Of a stretch of DNA of 58,353 nt, positions 41,945 to 51,841 are shown one piece after another. How positions within the stretch are numbered: position 1 is the stretch's first letter; each line of letters opens with the position of its first letter. The stretch comes from an uncultured Actinomycetota bacterium. Lineage in GTDB: Bacteria > Actinomycetota > Humimicrobiia > Humimicrobiales > Humimicrobiaceae. The translations under genes and the position numbers were made by a program. Under the pieces are notes generated by a model, which was given only the letters and a program-made list of their open reading frames with translations, did no database searches and was not told where the DNA came from. The stretch lies in assembly GCA_964387355.1 (NCBI GenBank), contig CAYLWJ010000137.1, forward strand, positions 1 to 58,353, given 5' to 3'.

Positions 41945-43261
41945 TTACTGCCTTCTATCCCAAACTCTTTGGGCTTTACCTTCACTTCGTGCAATTGTTC
42001 TTGGTTCTTTTAAGCTTACTTTAATATGGATTCCTATAGCAGAATATAGCTTATCTTCAATTGATTTTTCAAAAAACTCTAAATCCATTAATTTTTCATG
42101 AAATATATTTTCAGATACTTCAACCCATACTTCTATTTTATCAAGATAATTCTCCCTTGTTAAAACTATCAGGTAATGTGGCTCTAAATCTTTAATCTGC
42201 ATTAAGACTTCCTCTATTTGTGAAGGAAAAACATTTACGCCTCTAATTATTAACATATCATCTGTTCTTCCCATTGGTGGAGCCATCTTAATAAATGTTT
42301 TTCCGCAAGGGCAATTATCAAGATATAAATATGAAATATCTTTTGTTCTATATCTTATTACAGGAAAGGCTTTTTTTGTCAAGCTTGTAAAAACAAGCTC
42401 TCCTTTCTTACCATAAGGAAGGGTTTTGCCAGTATCAGGGTCTATTATCTCTGCATAAAAGTGATCTTCATTTATATGTAAGCCATCTTTTGCAAGACAT
42501 TCACATGAAACCCCAGGACCAATAACTTCACTTAAACCATAACTGTTTAGAGCTGTCATACAAAGTCTTTGCTCAATTTCTTGTCTCATAGGCTCAGTCC
42601 ACGGTTCAGCACCTAGAAATCCTAGTTTTAGATGAAGTTTTGAAAAATCTACTCCAATTTTTTCAGCAACCTCAGCCATATATAAAGTATAAGAAGGTGT
42701 ACAGCATAAAACAGTAGACTTAAAGTCCTGCATAATTTTTAACTGTCTTTCTGTATTACCTCCAGAAATTGGAATTACAAGTGCACCTAATTTTTCTGCG
42801 GCATACTGAAAACCAAAGCCACCTGTAAACATACCAAACCCATGGCTTACCTGAACAATATCATCTTCTCTTACTCCTGCGTCATACATTATCCTTGCAA
42901 GAACTTCTGCCCAAATATTCAAATCCTCTTTTGTATACCCAACAACCGTTGGATTTCCAGTGGTACCAGAAGAAGAATGAACTCTCACAACTTTACTTAA
43001 TGGAGTACAAAAAAGACCAAAAGGATAATTATCGCGCAAATCATCTTTTGATGTAAAAGGAAGTGTTTCTAACTCTTTTAAGTCTTTAATTTTATCAGGA
43101 TTTAATCCTGCATCATCAATTCTTTTTTTATAAAATTTATTGTTTAAATAACAATGCTTTAATGTTTTTCTTAAATTTTCTAACTGGACAGATACTATTT
43201 CATCTCTTGAAGCTGTAGAAATTTTTGGATCCCAAAACTTTTCATTTTCATTATTTTTCAT
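41945..43261 (-). CDS. paaK: Phenylacetate--CoA ligase family, paralog 2
   Basis: [25 protein letters not shown] and [16 protein letters not shown] motifs. Confidence 0.92.
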   Translation of the reverse strand: MKNNENEKFWDPKISTASRDEIVSVQLENLRKTLKHCYLNNKFYKKRIDDAGLNPDKIKDLKELETLPFTSKDDLRDNYPFGLFCTPLSKVVRVHSSSGTTGNPTVVGYTKEDLNIWAEVLARIMYDAGVREDDIVQVSHGFGMFTGGFGFQYAAEKLGALVIPISGGNTERQLKIMQDFKSTVLCCTPSYTLYMAEVAEKIGVDFSKLHLKLGFLGAEPWTEPMRQEIEQRLCMTALNSYGLSEVIGPGVSCECLAKDGLHINEDHFYAEIIDPDTGKTLPYGKKGELVFTSLTKKAFPVIRYRTKDISYLYLDNCPCGKTFIKMAPPMGRTDDMLIIRGVNVFPSQIEEVLMQIKDLEPHYLIVLTRENYLDKIEVWVEVSENIFHEKLMDLEFFEKSIEDKLYSAIGIHIKVSLKEPRTIARSEGKAQRVWDRRQ

Positions 43262-43437
43262 ATCTCAAACATCCTTAATCTCATACATCACTAATCCTAA
43301 ACTTTTTTAATTTCAAACATCACTAAATCTAAACAGCGCAAATCTCAAACATTTATAATCTTAAACAACCTTAATCTCATATATCACTAATTCAAAATAC
43401 CCTTAATTTAAAACACACCTAATCAAAATATCCTAAT
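43262..43437. repeat. Degenerate 16-bp tandem array (about 11 copies) abutting the paaK start codon
   Basis: Units atctcaaacatcctta, atctcatacatcacta, atcctaaactttttta, atttcaaacatcacta and so on to atcaaaatatccta. Confidence 0.85.
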
Positions 43438-43611
43438 ATTATATTTTTTGTCACTTTTATCACTTTATTTATTTGCTATTTATTGCTTAATTTTTGATTT
43501 TTACAAAACTTTTACTAATTTACTTATAATAATTTACTATGATAATAAGAAAGATGATAATTTAAGATAATAATTTATAATGATAATATAACTTATTAAT
43601 GATGATTACTT

Positions 43612-44931
43612 TTAAAGTGTTTCACCTTTTCTTTTATCAATTACTCTCTTTGCTTTACCTTCACTTCTTTTTATTGTTTTTGGTTCTTTTAATTTTACAT
43701 CAATATTTATACCAGTAACAGCATATAATTTATTTTCAATTGCAGATTCAAAATTTTCCAAGTCATTTATTTTTTCGGCAAAAACATCCTCTGATACTTC
43801 AATCCATAATTCAATTGTGTCAAGATAATTTTTTCTATCAACTACAATAAGATAATGAGGTTCAACTTCCTTTACCTGCATTAAGACTTCCTCTATTTGT
43901 GATGGAAATACATTTACACCTCTAATTATTAACATATCATCTGTTCTTCCCATCGGCTTTTTCATTCTTGCATGAGTTCTGCCGCATTCACAAACATCTG
44001 TGTTTAAAACTGATAAATCTCTGGTTCTATATCTAATAAGAGGCATTGCCTCTTTAGTAAGAGTAGTAAAAACAAGCTCTCCTTGTTTTCCTGAAGGAAG
44101 TTGCTTTCCAGTAGCAGGATCTATTATCTCTACATAAAAGTGGTCTTCTGCCACATGAAGACCTGATTTTTTAATACATTCACAAGAAACCCCAGGACCA
44201 ATAATCTCACTTAAGCCATAAATATCTATAGCATCTATAAAAAGTCTTGCCTCAATTTCCTTTCTCATTTCTTCTGTCCAAGGTTCAGCACCAAAAACGC
44301 CTAATTTTAAGGGCAGTTTTGAAAAATCCACTTTTTTTTCTTTCCCAACTTCGGCAATATGTAAAGCATAAGATGGAGTACAGCATAATACTGTGGAGCC
44401 GTAGTCAATCATTATTTTTATTTGTCTTTCAGTTAAACCGCCAGATACAGGAATAACAGTTGCACCTAAAAGTTCAGCCCCGTAGTGAAGTCCTAAGCCA
44501 CCCGTGAAAAGCCCATAACCATAACTATTTTGAATAATATCATTTTTTCTAACGCCAACCCCATATAAATCTCTTGCAATTAAATTTCCCCACATAGCAA
44601 TATCATTTGATGTATAACTAACCACTGTTGGATTTCCAGTAGTACCAGAAGAAGAGTGTATTCTAACTATCTCGCTTAATGGTTTTGCAAAAAGACCAAA
44701 AGGATAATTATCGCGTAAATCATCTTTTGTAGTAAAAGGCAATCTTGAAATATCATAAAGACTTTCAAATTTATATGGGTTTATGCCATGTTCATCAAAA
44801 AGCTTTTTATAAAATGAAACATTTTCATAAACATTTACTAATGTTTTTTTTAGTCTTTTAAGCTGAATTTCAGCAAGCTTTTCTCTTGATAAAGTTTCTA
44901 CTTCTGGCTCCCAGTATATGCTATCCTTCAT
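43612..44931 (-). CDS. paaK: Phenylacetate--CoA ligase family, paralog 1
   Basis: [30 protein letters not shown] and DIYGLSE motifs. Confidence 0.93.
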   Translation of the reverse strand: MKDSIYWEPEVETLSREKLAEIQLKRLKKTLVNVYENVSFYKKLFDEHGINPYKFESLYDISRLPFTTKDDLRDNYPFGLFAKPLSEIVRIHSSSGTTGNPTVVSYTSNDIAMWGNLIARDLYGVGVRKNDIIQNSYGYGLFTGGLGLHYGAELLGATVIPVSGGLTERQIKIMIDYGSTVLCCTPSYALHIAEVGKEKKVDFSKLPLKLGVFGAEPWTEEMRKEIEARLFIDAIDIYGLSEIIGPGVSCECIKKSGLHVAEDHFYVEIIDPATGKQLPSGKQGELVFTTLTKEAMPLIRYRTRDLSVLNTDVCECGRTHARMKKPMGRTDDMLIIRGVNVFPSQIEEVLMQVKEVEPHYLIVVDRKNYLDTIELWIEVSEDVFAEKINDLENFESAIENKLYAVTGINIDVKLKEPKTIKRSEGKAKRVIDKRKGETL

Positions 44932-45041
44932 TTTAAAACTCCCAGATTTTCAAGTTTTCTTTCTTTTCTTTCTTTTAAGTTTTTTTATTTTTCATTTTTT
45001 AGTTTTTATTTAGCTTTTATATTTTATTTAGTTTTTATATT

Positions 45042-46706
45042 TTAAATATTTTCAAAACTCTTTTCTACCAGTTCTTTTGGCATCTTTTTTGTTCCAAGAC
45101 TTACAAATATTGTAACCAAGAATGCAAGCGGGAATGCAATAATTATTGGATCCATCGCATTCCATGGATAGCCAAAGATACTTGGTTTGCCAGTAAGAAC
45201 AACTACCAATTTTAACATTTCAGCATTAGCCTTGTGGACAAAAAACATCCAGAATATACTGGTAACTATGCCAACAACCATACCACTTATAGCCCCAGCT
45301 TTAGTTGCACCTTTCCAGAATAGTGCACAGACAAACATTGGCAGAAAAGTTGCAGCACAAACACCAAAAAACAAAGCAGTGCCCCTTGCAATAATACTAG
45401 GAGGCAGATAAAAACCTAAAACTATGCTTATGATAATTCCGATGATAATACCAATTTTAGTTATTAATACTCCTTTTGTATTTTTACTTGTAGAATTTAG
45501 ACCATTTTGCCCATTTACATTTACATTTGCATTTGCATTTACATTTACATTTGCATGTGCATTTGCATTATTTAAACCAACTCTTAACATGTCTCTTGAA
45601 AACGAGGTACCAATAACATGAAATTGAGAACTTATTGTAGACATTGCAGCAGCTAAAAGGGTGATCATAAAAATATATACAAACCATTTTGGAAGCGCCA
45701 TGTTTATAAAAGTTGGAATTATTAAATCAATATTTCCATTTGCAGCTGCAATTGAAACTTTGCCTAAATTTTCCCAAAAATAAACATTTGATAAAGCGCC
45801 AACAACAAATGCAACTCCAGTCATTGCAAGAATGAAAATACCACCAATTAAAACTGCTCTATTTAATTCTTTATTGCTTTTAACTGTCATAAATCTAATA
45901 GCAAGCTGGGGTTGAGCAAGTACACCTATGCCAACACCTAAAATTGTTGTAGACACTAAAGACCACCAAAGCGGAGACCCTAAAATTGGCATTGTTGTCC
46001 ATCCCTGATGTCCCCCTTTAACAAGGTTTTCTGGAACTTGTGAAGCAAGACTAGTTAATTCCTGATGTGTTCCTATAAAACCTCCTGGAGTTTTAACATA
46101 AGTTAAAACTATAAGAACAATCATCCCAATAAACATAATTGTCCCTTGTAAAGCATCAGTATACATAACACCTTTAAGACCGCCTGCTATAACATAAGCA
46201 GCAATAATTATTGAAAATACCATTAGTGCAAGCACAAAATTAACTTGAAGAGTGCTTTCAATAAATCTTGCTGCACCAATTAATACTACACCTGTGTATA
46301 ATGGCATAAAAACAAATATTACTATACCACCTAATATCTGAATAAACTTTGAATCAAACCTTTTGCCAAGGAGCTCTGGAAATGTATGGGCATCTAAATT
46401 TTTGCCCATTTGTCTTGTTCTTTTACCAAAAAGTATAAAAGCTACAGCAATTCCAAGAGCAATGTTTAAAAAAGTAAGCCAAAGCAACCCTAAACCAAAT
46501 ACACCTGCCGCTCCTCCAAATCCTACTATTGCAGATGTTGAAATAAAAGTTGCGCCATAAGATAAAGCCATAACATATGGGTGAATTTGCCTGCCCGCAA
46601 CTAAAAAATCACCTTCTGTTTTTGTCCCCCTATAACCCAGAAACCCAAGATATCCAACAATTAAAAGATATATTATTATTATGATAGCCAGTACAAAAAT
46701 GTTCAT
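45042..46706 (-). CDS. Sodium:solute symporter family protein
   Basis: About 13 TM; FLVAGR, ATFISTS, GGLKGVMYTDALQG and AAAMST motifs. Confidence 0.92.
   Translation of the reverse strand: MNIFVLAIIIIIYLLIVGYLGFLGYRGTKTEGDFLVAGRQIHPYVMALSYGATFISTSAIVGFGGAAGVFGLGLLWLTFLNIALGIAVAFILFGKRTRQMGKNLDAHTFPELLGKRFDSKFIQILGGIVIFVFMPLYTGVVLIGAARFIESTLQVNFVLALMVFSIIIAAYVIAGGLKGVMYTDALQGTIMFIGMIVLIVLTYVKTPGGFIGTHQELTSLASQVPENLVKGGHQGWTTMPILGSPLWWSLVSTTILGVGIGVLAQPQLAIRFMTVKSNKELNRAVLIGGIFILAMTGVAFVVGALSNVYFWENLGKVSIAAANGNIDLIIPTFINMALPKWFVYIFMITLLAAAMSTISSQFHVIGTSFSRDMLRVGLNNANAHANVNVNANANVNVNGQNGLNSTSKNTKGVLITKIGIIIGIIISIVLGFYLPPSIIARGTALFFGVCAATFLPMFVCALFWKGATKAGAISGMVVGIVTSIFWMFFVHKANAEMLKLVVVLTGKPSIFGYPWNAMDPIIIAFPLAFLVTIFVSLGTKKMPKELVEKSFENI
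45512..45569. repeat. In-frame hexanucleotide microsatellite inside the symporter (NANAHANVNVNANANVNVN)
   Basis: (cattta/catttg) repeated about 10 times on the plus strand. Confidence 0.9.
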
Positions 46707-46903
46707 AAAAAGCCCCTTTCAAAATAATCTTGAAGTAACTTTACTTAAGTAATCTTGTAATCTTGACTTTACTGTTTTATCCTATTTTTATCTTTATATC
46801 TTTTACCTTTTATCCCTTTAACTTCTTATCTTTTCTTATCTTTTTGTTATCTTTTATAACGTTTTTTACTGCTTTAACATTTGCTTCTTGTTTTCTATCT
46901 GTC

Positions 46904-47011
46904 TTACTTATCTTTATTCCACATTATTGCTCCATATATTATGCAAAATACAGTTGAAAGGATACATAATATATAGGCTAAAAAAACAGAAACTCCTGCA
47001 AATCCTAGCAT
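46904..47011 (-). CDS. 35-aa symporter small accessory membrane protein (missed by ORF track)
   Basis: GGGGGAG RBS, then MLGFAGVSVFLAYILCILSTVFCIIYGAIMWNKDK*; single TM; AY..C..S...C..YG...WN pattern; directly upstream of the symporter. Confidence 0.85.
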   Translation of the reverse strand: MLGFAGVSVFLAYILCILSTVFCIIYGAIMWNKDK

Positions 47012-47085
47012 AGACTCCCCCTTTCTTTTAAAGATTATAATTCCATAATTTCAAAATTTTTATAAATCAAAATATCTAAACTAAA

Positions 47086-47481
47086 CTAATCACACAGCAA
47101 AACATTATTGTTTCTTAGCATCTCTTCTGCCTTTTGAATTTCTTTTACACTTAAAACAAGCCTTGTGGCTGCAATTACATAAATATAATCAATATTGATG
47201 TTTGCTTTAGCTAAAGTATATAAAACTTTGTAAAGCTCCCCCGGCTTGTCTTCAACTTTAACACAAATTACATCAGCAACATGAGTAGTAAAACCAGCAT
47301 CTTTTAAGCTTTGCCTTGCCAGTTCAGTATCAGATACAACCAGTCTTAATATTCCATAATCTCTTGCTTCTGTTGTTGAAAAGCCTTGAAGGTTAATATT
47401 TTTATCCTTCAAAATTTTTGCGACTTCTGCAAGCCTTCCTGTTTGATTTTCTAAAAAAACAGTTAATTGTTTTATAGGCAT
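47086..47481 (-). CDS. Tandem ACT-domain protein
   Basis: QLTVFLENQTGRL, YGILRL, VEDKPGEL and INIDYIY motifs; typical neighbour of ior/paaK. Confidence 0.9.
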   Translation of the reverse strand: MPIKQLTVFLENQTGRLAEVAKILKDKNINLQGFSTTEARDYGILRLVVSDTELARQSLKDAGFTTHVADVICVKVEDKPGELYKVLYTLAKANINIDYIYVIAATRLVLSVKEIQKAEEMLRNNNVLLCD

Positions 47482-48122
47482 TTCCCCTCCTGCCCTAAAA
47501 ATTTTTTACCTTCTTCAAAAGCCTTTATATTTAAAGAAAGAACTTTTGAAGAAATATTTTGCAAAATTGCTTTTTGCCAATTTTCTAATTTTATTGGCAA
47601 AAAACAGGATAACACGCCAAGTAAAACTGTATTTACTACTCTTAAATCATTTAATTCTTTTGCAATTTTTACTGCATCAACAAAAACAACATTATCTGTA
47701 TAACTTTTAATTTTAAAGTTAATATCTTTTGGATATAATGAATTTTTATTTGTATTTAGTGAGGATGGATAAATTTCAAAATCACTGACTATCATAAAAC
47801 CATCATTTTTTAATTTATTGATATAACGAAGGGCTTCAAGTTTTTCTAAACCAATTAAGAAATCAGCTTTATTTATTGTAGGTGAAAATACCTTTTTGCC
47901 AAACCTTACACTACCCTCAACACTTCCACCTCTTTGGGCCATACCATGTACTTCCGAAACTTTTACATCATAACCTTCAAAAATTGCTGCATGAGCAAGT
48001 ATTTTTGTAGCTAGAATTATACCCTGACCTCCTACCCCAACAAACAAAACTGATAAAATACCGCCATAATCTAAATAATTTCTTAAATTGTAATTATTGT
48101 TATTATTGTCGAATTTTACCAT
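47472..48122 (-). CDS. iorB: Indolepyruvate:ferredoxin oxidoreductase beta subunit
   Basis: GVGGQG, SEVHGMAQRGGSV, NTVLLG and KAFEEG motifs. Confidence 0.93.
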   Translation of the reverse strand: MVKFDNNNNNYNLRNYLDYGGILSVLFVGVGGQGIILATKILAHAAIFEGYDVKVSEVHGMAQRGGSVEGSVRFGKKVFSPTINKADFLIGLEKLEALRYINKLKNDGFMIVSDFEIYPSSLNTNKNSLYPKDINFKIKSYTDNVVFVDAVKIAKELNDLRVVNTVLLGVLSCFLPIKLENWQKAILQNISSKVLSLNIKAFEEGKKFLGQEGKCL

Positions 48123-48291
48123 AAAAAAGTTTTATTTTCTTATTTTTTTACTTTTTTTCTTTATTATTTTATTACTATTATCTTATTATTTTTCTTATAT
48201 TACTTATATTATTAATTACTATTACCTCATTATTTATGTTATTACTATCTATTATCTATCTATTATAATTTTTTCTAAAATTATCATTTGC

Positions 48292-50217
48292 TTAATTTTC
48301 TTTATAAACTTCAATAGCTTTCCACTTGCAAATATCAATACAAACACCACAACCGTTGCATAACAAATTATTAATTAAATATCTATCATCTCTTAACTCA
48401 ATTGCAGGACAGCCAAATTGGTAACATAACCCACATTTTCTGCATTTATTATAATCAATTAAAACTAAATTATTTTTCTTAGATTTATCCAATAATACAC
48501 AAGGCCTTCTGCAAACAATTACAGAAAGCTGTTGCTTTGCAAGCTCTTCTTTTATTAACTTTTCCAATGATCTAATTTTATATGGGTCAATAACATGTAT
48601 ACTTTTAACACCAGCAGCTTTTGCAAATTCTTCTGGTTTTAAAGTTTCAGTTAAGTTTCCCATTAAAGTTTTACCTGTTCCAGGATGATCTTGATGGCCA
48701 GTCATTGCTGTTGTTTGATTGTCTAAAATAATAATTACACCTGTTGACTCATTATAAACACTGTCTATCAATGGTGTTATACCAGAGTGGAAAAAAGTAG
48801 AATCACCAATTACAGAAACTATTTTACCTTTTAGTTCTGGGTTAGCTTTTTCCATTCCTAAAGCTTGCCCTATTCCTGCCCCCATACATAAACAGCTATC
48901 TAAAGAATTCAAGGGTGGCAAGACTGATAATGTATAACATCCAATATCACCCATAACTGCAACTTTTAATTTCTTTAATACATGAAAAACTGGCCTGTGT
49001 GGACATCCTGCACAAAGAACCGGCGGTCTTGGCGGAAGACTTTCAATAAAAGGAAGACTTTCAACAAAATTATCTGCCGAGGGAAAATTTTCATTACTTG
49101 ATTTAATTGATTTGAAAAACAATTCATTGTAAACTTTTTGAACAATTTCTAAGTTTAATTCACCATTTATAGGAAAATATTTTTTTCCAACAACCTCAAC
49201 TGGCAAATTTAATAATTTAATTTGCTCTTCCAAAAAGGGTTCCAGCTCTTCAACCACAATTAAAAAGTTTTTATCAGTTGCAAAATTTGTTATTGCTTTT
49301 GCTGGAATTGGATTTGTCATATTAAGTTTAAAAATTGGGTAGTTAAAAAACACTTCACGCGTATACTGAAAAGATATTCCAGAAGTAATAATTCCTACAC
49401 TTTGATTTTTCATGTAAATTTTTAAATTTTCTTTTTTAGAAGTTCCTGACTCAAAAGTGTCTGGTTTAAAATTATCTAGTTTAGAAGTGTCTGGAATAAA
49501 AATCTTATAAAAAATCTCATCTTCTGCCAGATTTTTTAATTGTTCCCACCTTTGTAAAAGCTTTTGATGTCTTAGTCGGGCATAAGCAGGTATCATTACA
49601 TATTTTTTAGCATCCTTTATATATTTTTTTTGCTCTATATCAATAACACTTCCTATCTTTACTAAAGAGCGGGAGTGGGAAATCCTTGTTGTTGTTCTTA
49701 CAATAACGGGAGTATCATAATTTTCACTTATATCAAAGGCAAGCTTAACCATATCTAAGGCTTCTTGGCTGTCTGAAGGCTCAAGCATTGGCACCTTTGC
49801 AAATTTTGCATAAAACCTGTTGTCTTGCTCATTCTGTGAGCTATGCATGTTTGGGTCATCAGCAGATATTATTACCAAGCCCCCATTTACACCAGTGTAA
49901 GAAAGAGTCATAAAAGGATCTGCTGCAACATTTAATCCAACATGCTTCATAGCTACAAGTGCTCTTGCACCAGCAATACTTGCACCTGATGCAACTTCTA
50001 AAGCAACTTTTTCATTTACAGACCATTGACAATAAATACTTTTATATTTTGAAATATTTTCTAAAATTTCTGTTGAAGGAGTGCCAGGATAAGCAGTTGC
50101 AACTTTTACACCTGCTTCATATGCAGCTTGAGCAATTGCTTCATTACCTGTCAGAAGTTTATAGCTTTGGCTTTCAAAATTTAGTTTTTCATTTTCATTT
50201 TTAACTTTCATAAGCAC
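48292..50217 (-). CDS. iorA: Indolepyruvate:ferredoxin oxidoreductase alpha subunit
   Basis: GNEAIA, YPGTPSTE, MKHVGLNVAAD, CAGCPH, GDIGCY, GDSTFFH and a C-terminal ferredoxin; start may be ATG 50211. Confidence 0.95.
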   Translation of the reverse strand: MLMKVKNENEKLNFESQSYKLLTGNEAIAQAAYEAGVKVATAYPGTPSTEILENISKYKSIYCQWSVNEKVALEVASGASIAGARALVAMKHVGLNVAADPFMTLSYTGVNGGLVIISADDPNMHSSQNEQDNRFYAKFAKVPMLEPSDSQEALDMVKLAFDISENYDTPVIVRTTTRISHSRSLVKIGSVIDIEQKKYIKDAKKYVMIPAYARLRHQKLLQRWEQLKNLAEDEIFYKIFIPDTSKLDNFKPDTFESGTSKKENLKIYMKNQSVGIITSGISFQYTREVFFNYPIFKLNMTNPIPAKAITNFATDKNFLIVVEELEPFLEEQIKLLNLPVEVVGKKYFPINGELNLEIVQKVYNELFFKSIKSSNENFPSADNFVESLPFIESLPPRPPVLCAGCPHRPVFHVLKKLKVAVMGDIGCYTLSVLPPLNSLDSCLCMGAGIGQALGMEKANPELKGKIVSVIGDSTFFHSGITPLIDSVYNESTGVIIILDNQTTAMTGHQDHPGTGKTLMGNLTETLKPEEFAKAAGVKSIHVIDPYKIRSLEKLIKEELAKQQLSVIVCRRPCVLLDKSKKNNLVLIDYNKCRKCGLCYQFGCPAIELRDDRYLINNLLCNGCGVCIDICKWKAIEVYKEN

Positions 50218-50447
50218 TTATTTTATTAAACATATAAATAAATTAAAAGAAATTAGCTTATTTATTTTTAATTTTTTTTAGGCTAATATAATTCAAAAAA
50301 ATATAATATTTAAATATAATATTTAATAACTTGTATTATCTAAAAGAAAGATTTTAAATTAGAACAAATTAAGACAAATTAATACAATTGTTTTATTTGG
50401 TTTATAATTTTTTATAATTTTTTTAAAATTATATTTATAATATTATT

Positions 50448-51464
50448 ATGGAAAGAATAAAAAAAATACATTTAAGAAAAAGCCAAGGTATAAAAATAAT
50501 AACTTTTTTTATAATTTTGCTTGCTGCGGCACAAGTTTGGTTTTTATATTCACACTACAAAGAAATAATTACCAAGCTTCCAAAAGATTTATTTGTATCA
50601 CCTAAACCTATTCCAATTTCAGAATTCATTGTTAACTCTCATTATGTAGCCGAGGATAAATCAAAAACTGAAAAAAACGGAAAAGCTAATGCTGATTTAA
50701 CTGAAAATTCACAGAACAATAAAAGTGCTTCACTTGAAGAATCAGTAAAAACAATTAAAACCACAACTAATGATACTAATACTAGCACTATAGAAAATAA
50801 CTCAAACAACCTCAATAACAGTAATCTATCATCAGATAGCACGAGTTCTGGCTCTAATAACACAACTTCAAGCACTGTTGGCTCTAATGAATTTGAGTTA
50901 ACTGAAATTCAAAAGAAAATTATATTAAGAGTAATGAAGCTTCTTGATGAAAAAGTAGAGTATGGATATAAAGTTTATCCGGACTCTGGTTATCCTTCTG
51001 AAAATTTATGGATATCTACCGATGTTATATCAATTGTTTTAAGAGATGTAGGATATGACTTAATGGAACTAATATATAATGATATGCTTGCACATAAAGA
51101 AGATTACCCATTAGATAAAATTAAAAAAAGAAAAGATCCTATAAAATATATTGATTTTAGAGATGTTTTTTTCCAAGAAAAATTCTTTAAAAGAAATGCT
51201 TTAGAACTAAGCAATGAATACATTATTGGAAATAAAGATAACAATATACAATGGCAACCAGGAGATATAGTCTATTTTCAATTTGATCCTGACAACCCAT
51301 ATATGGATTTAGGCGGTTTTATCTCCTCACGTAAAAATGACCAAGGTGTGCCTTTAATTATTATGATTTCAAAAGAATTGGGTAAAATTTCAGAAGTAGA
51401 CAAGCTTTTAGAATATAAAGTAGTTGGCCATTACAGATACCCTAACCCTTATGAAGAACAGTAG
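50448..51464 (+). CDS. Membrane-anchored DUF1287-like (NlpC/P60-related) protein with altered catalytic residues
   Basis: N-terminal TM, Ser/Asn linker, STDVISIVLRDVGYDL, IDFR, WQPGDIV and GHYRY motifs. Confidence 0.7.
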   Translation: MERIKKIHLRKSQGIKIITFFIILLAAAQVWFLYSHYKEIITKLPKDLFVSPKPIPISEFIVNSHYVAEDKSKTEKNGKANADLTENSQNNKSASLEESVKTIKTTTNDTNTSTIENNSNNLNNSNLSSDSTSSGSNNTTSSTVGSNEFELTEIQKKIILRVMKLLDEKVEYGYKVYPDSGYPSENLWISTDVISIVLRDVGYDLMELIYNDMLAHKEDYPLDKIKKRKDPIKYIDFRDVFFQEKFFKRNALELSNEYIIGNKDNNIQWQPGDIVYFQFDPDNPYMDLGGFISSRKNDQGVPLIIMISKELGKISEVDKLLEYKVVGHYRYPNPYEEQ

Positions 51465-51841
51465 CAAGGATATTAGCAAAAAATTTACAATAGTTATGAC
51501 CAACATAAAAAATGTAAATACTATTCATACCTAATGCAACACAAAGCTCATTTACAAAAATTTTAAGTTTTATACAATAATAATTTTTTACTTAGCCAAT
51601 TCAAAAAAATAAATTTACATATAATGAGCCTTATATTTAAAATATAATCAGTTTATGCTGAATAATTCCCTTATTGTATAAAATAATTGAATTCATTAAG
51701 CACAAAATTTTTATATTTTTAAAATCTTAGTCAATTATTCAGCAAGGACTAATTAAATAAATTAGAATAAAGTAATTAATTAAATGATAATAAAGGTAGT
51801 TGTAGATAAAATGGTACAGCAAATAAAAGGAGTGACGAAAA

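Noticed and set aside
43262..43437. Possible CRISPR array
   Set aside because: Contiguous degenerate 16-bp units with no unique spacers, and no cas genes in the window
46763..46957. 64-aa hydrophobic plus-strand ORF, and the similar 48097-48363
   Set aside because: Translation of T-rich low-complexity spacer; 46763-46957 is antisense to the real 35-aa gene
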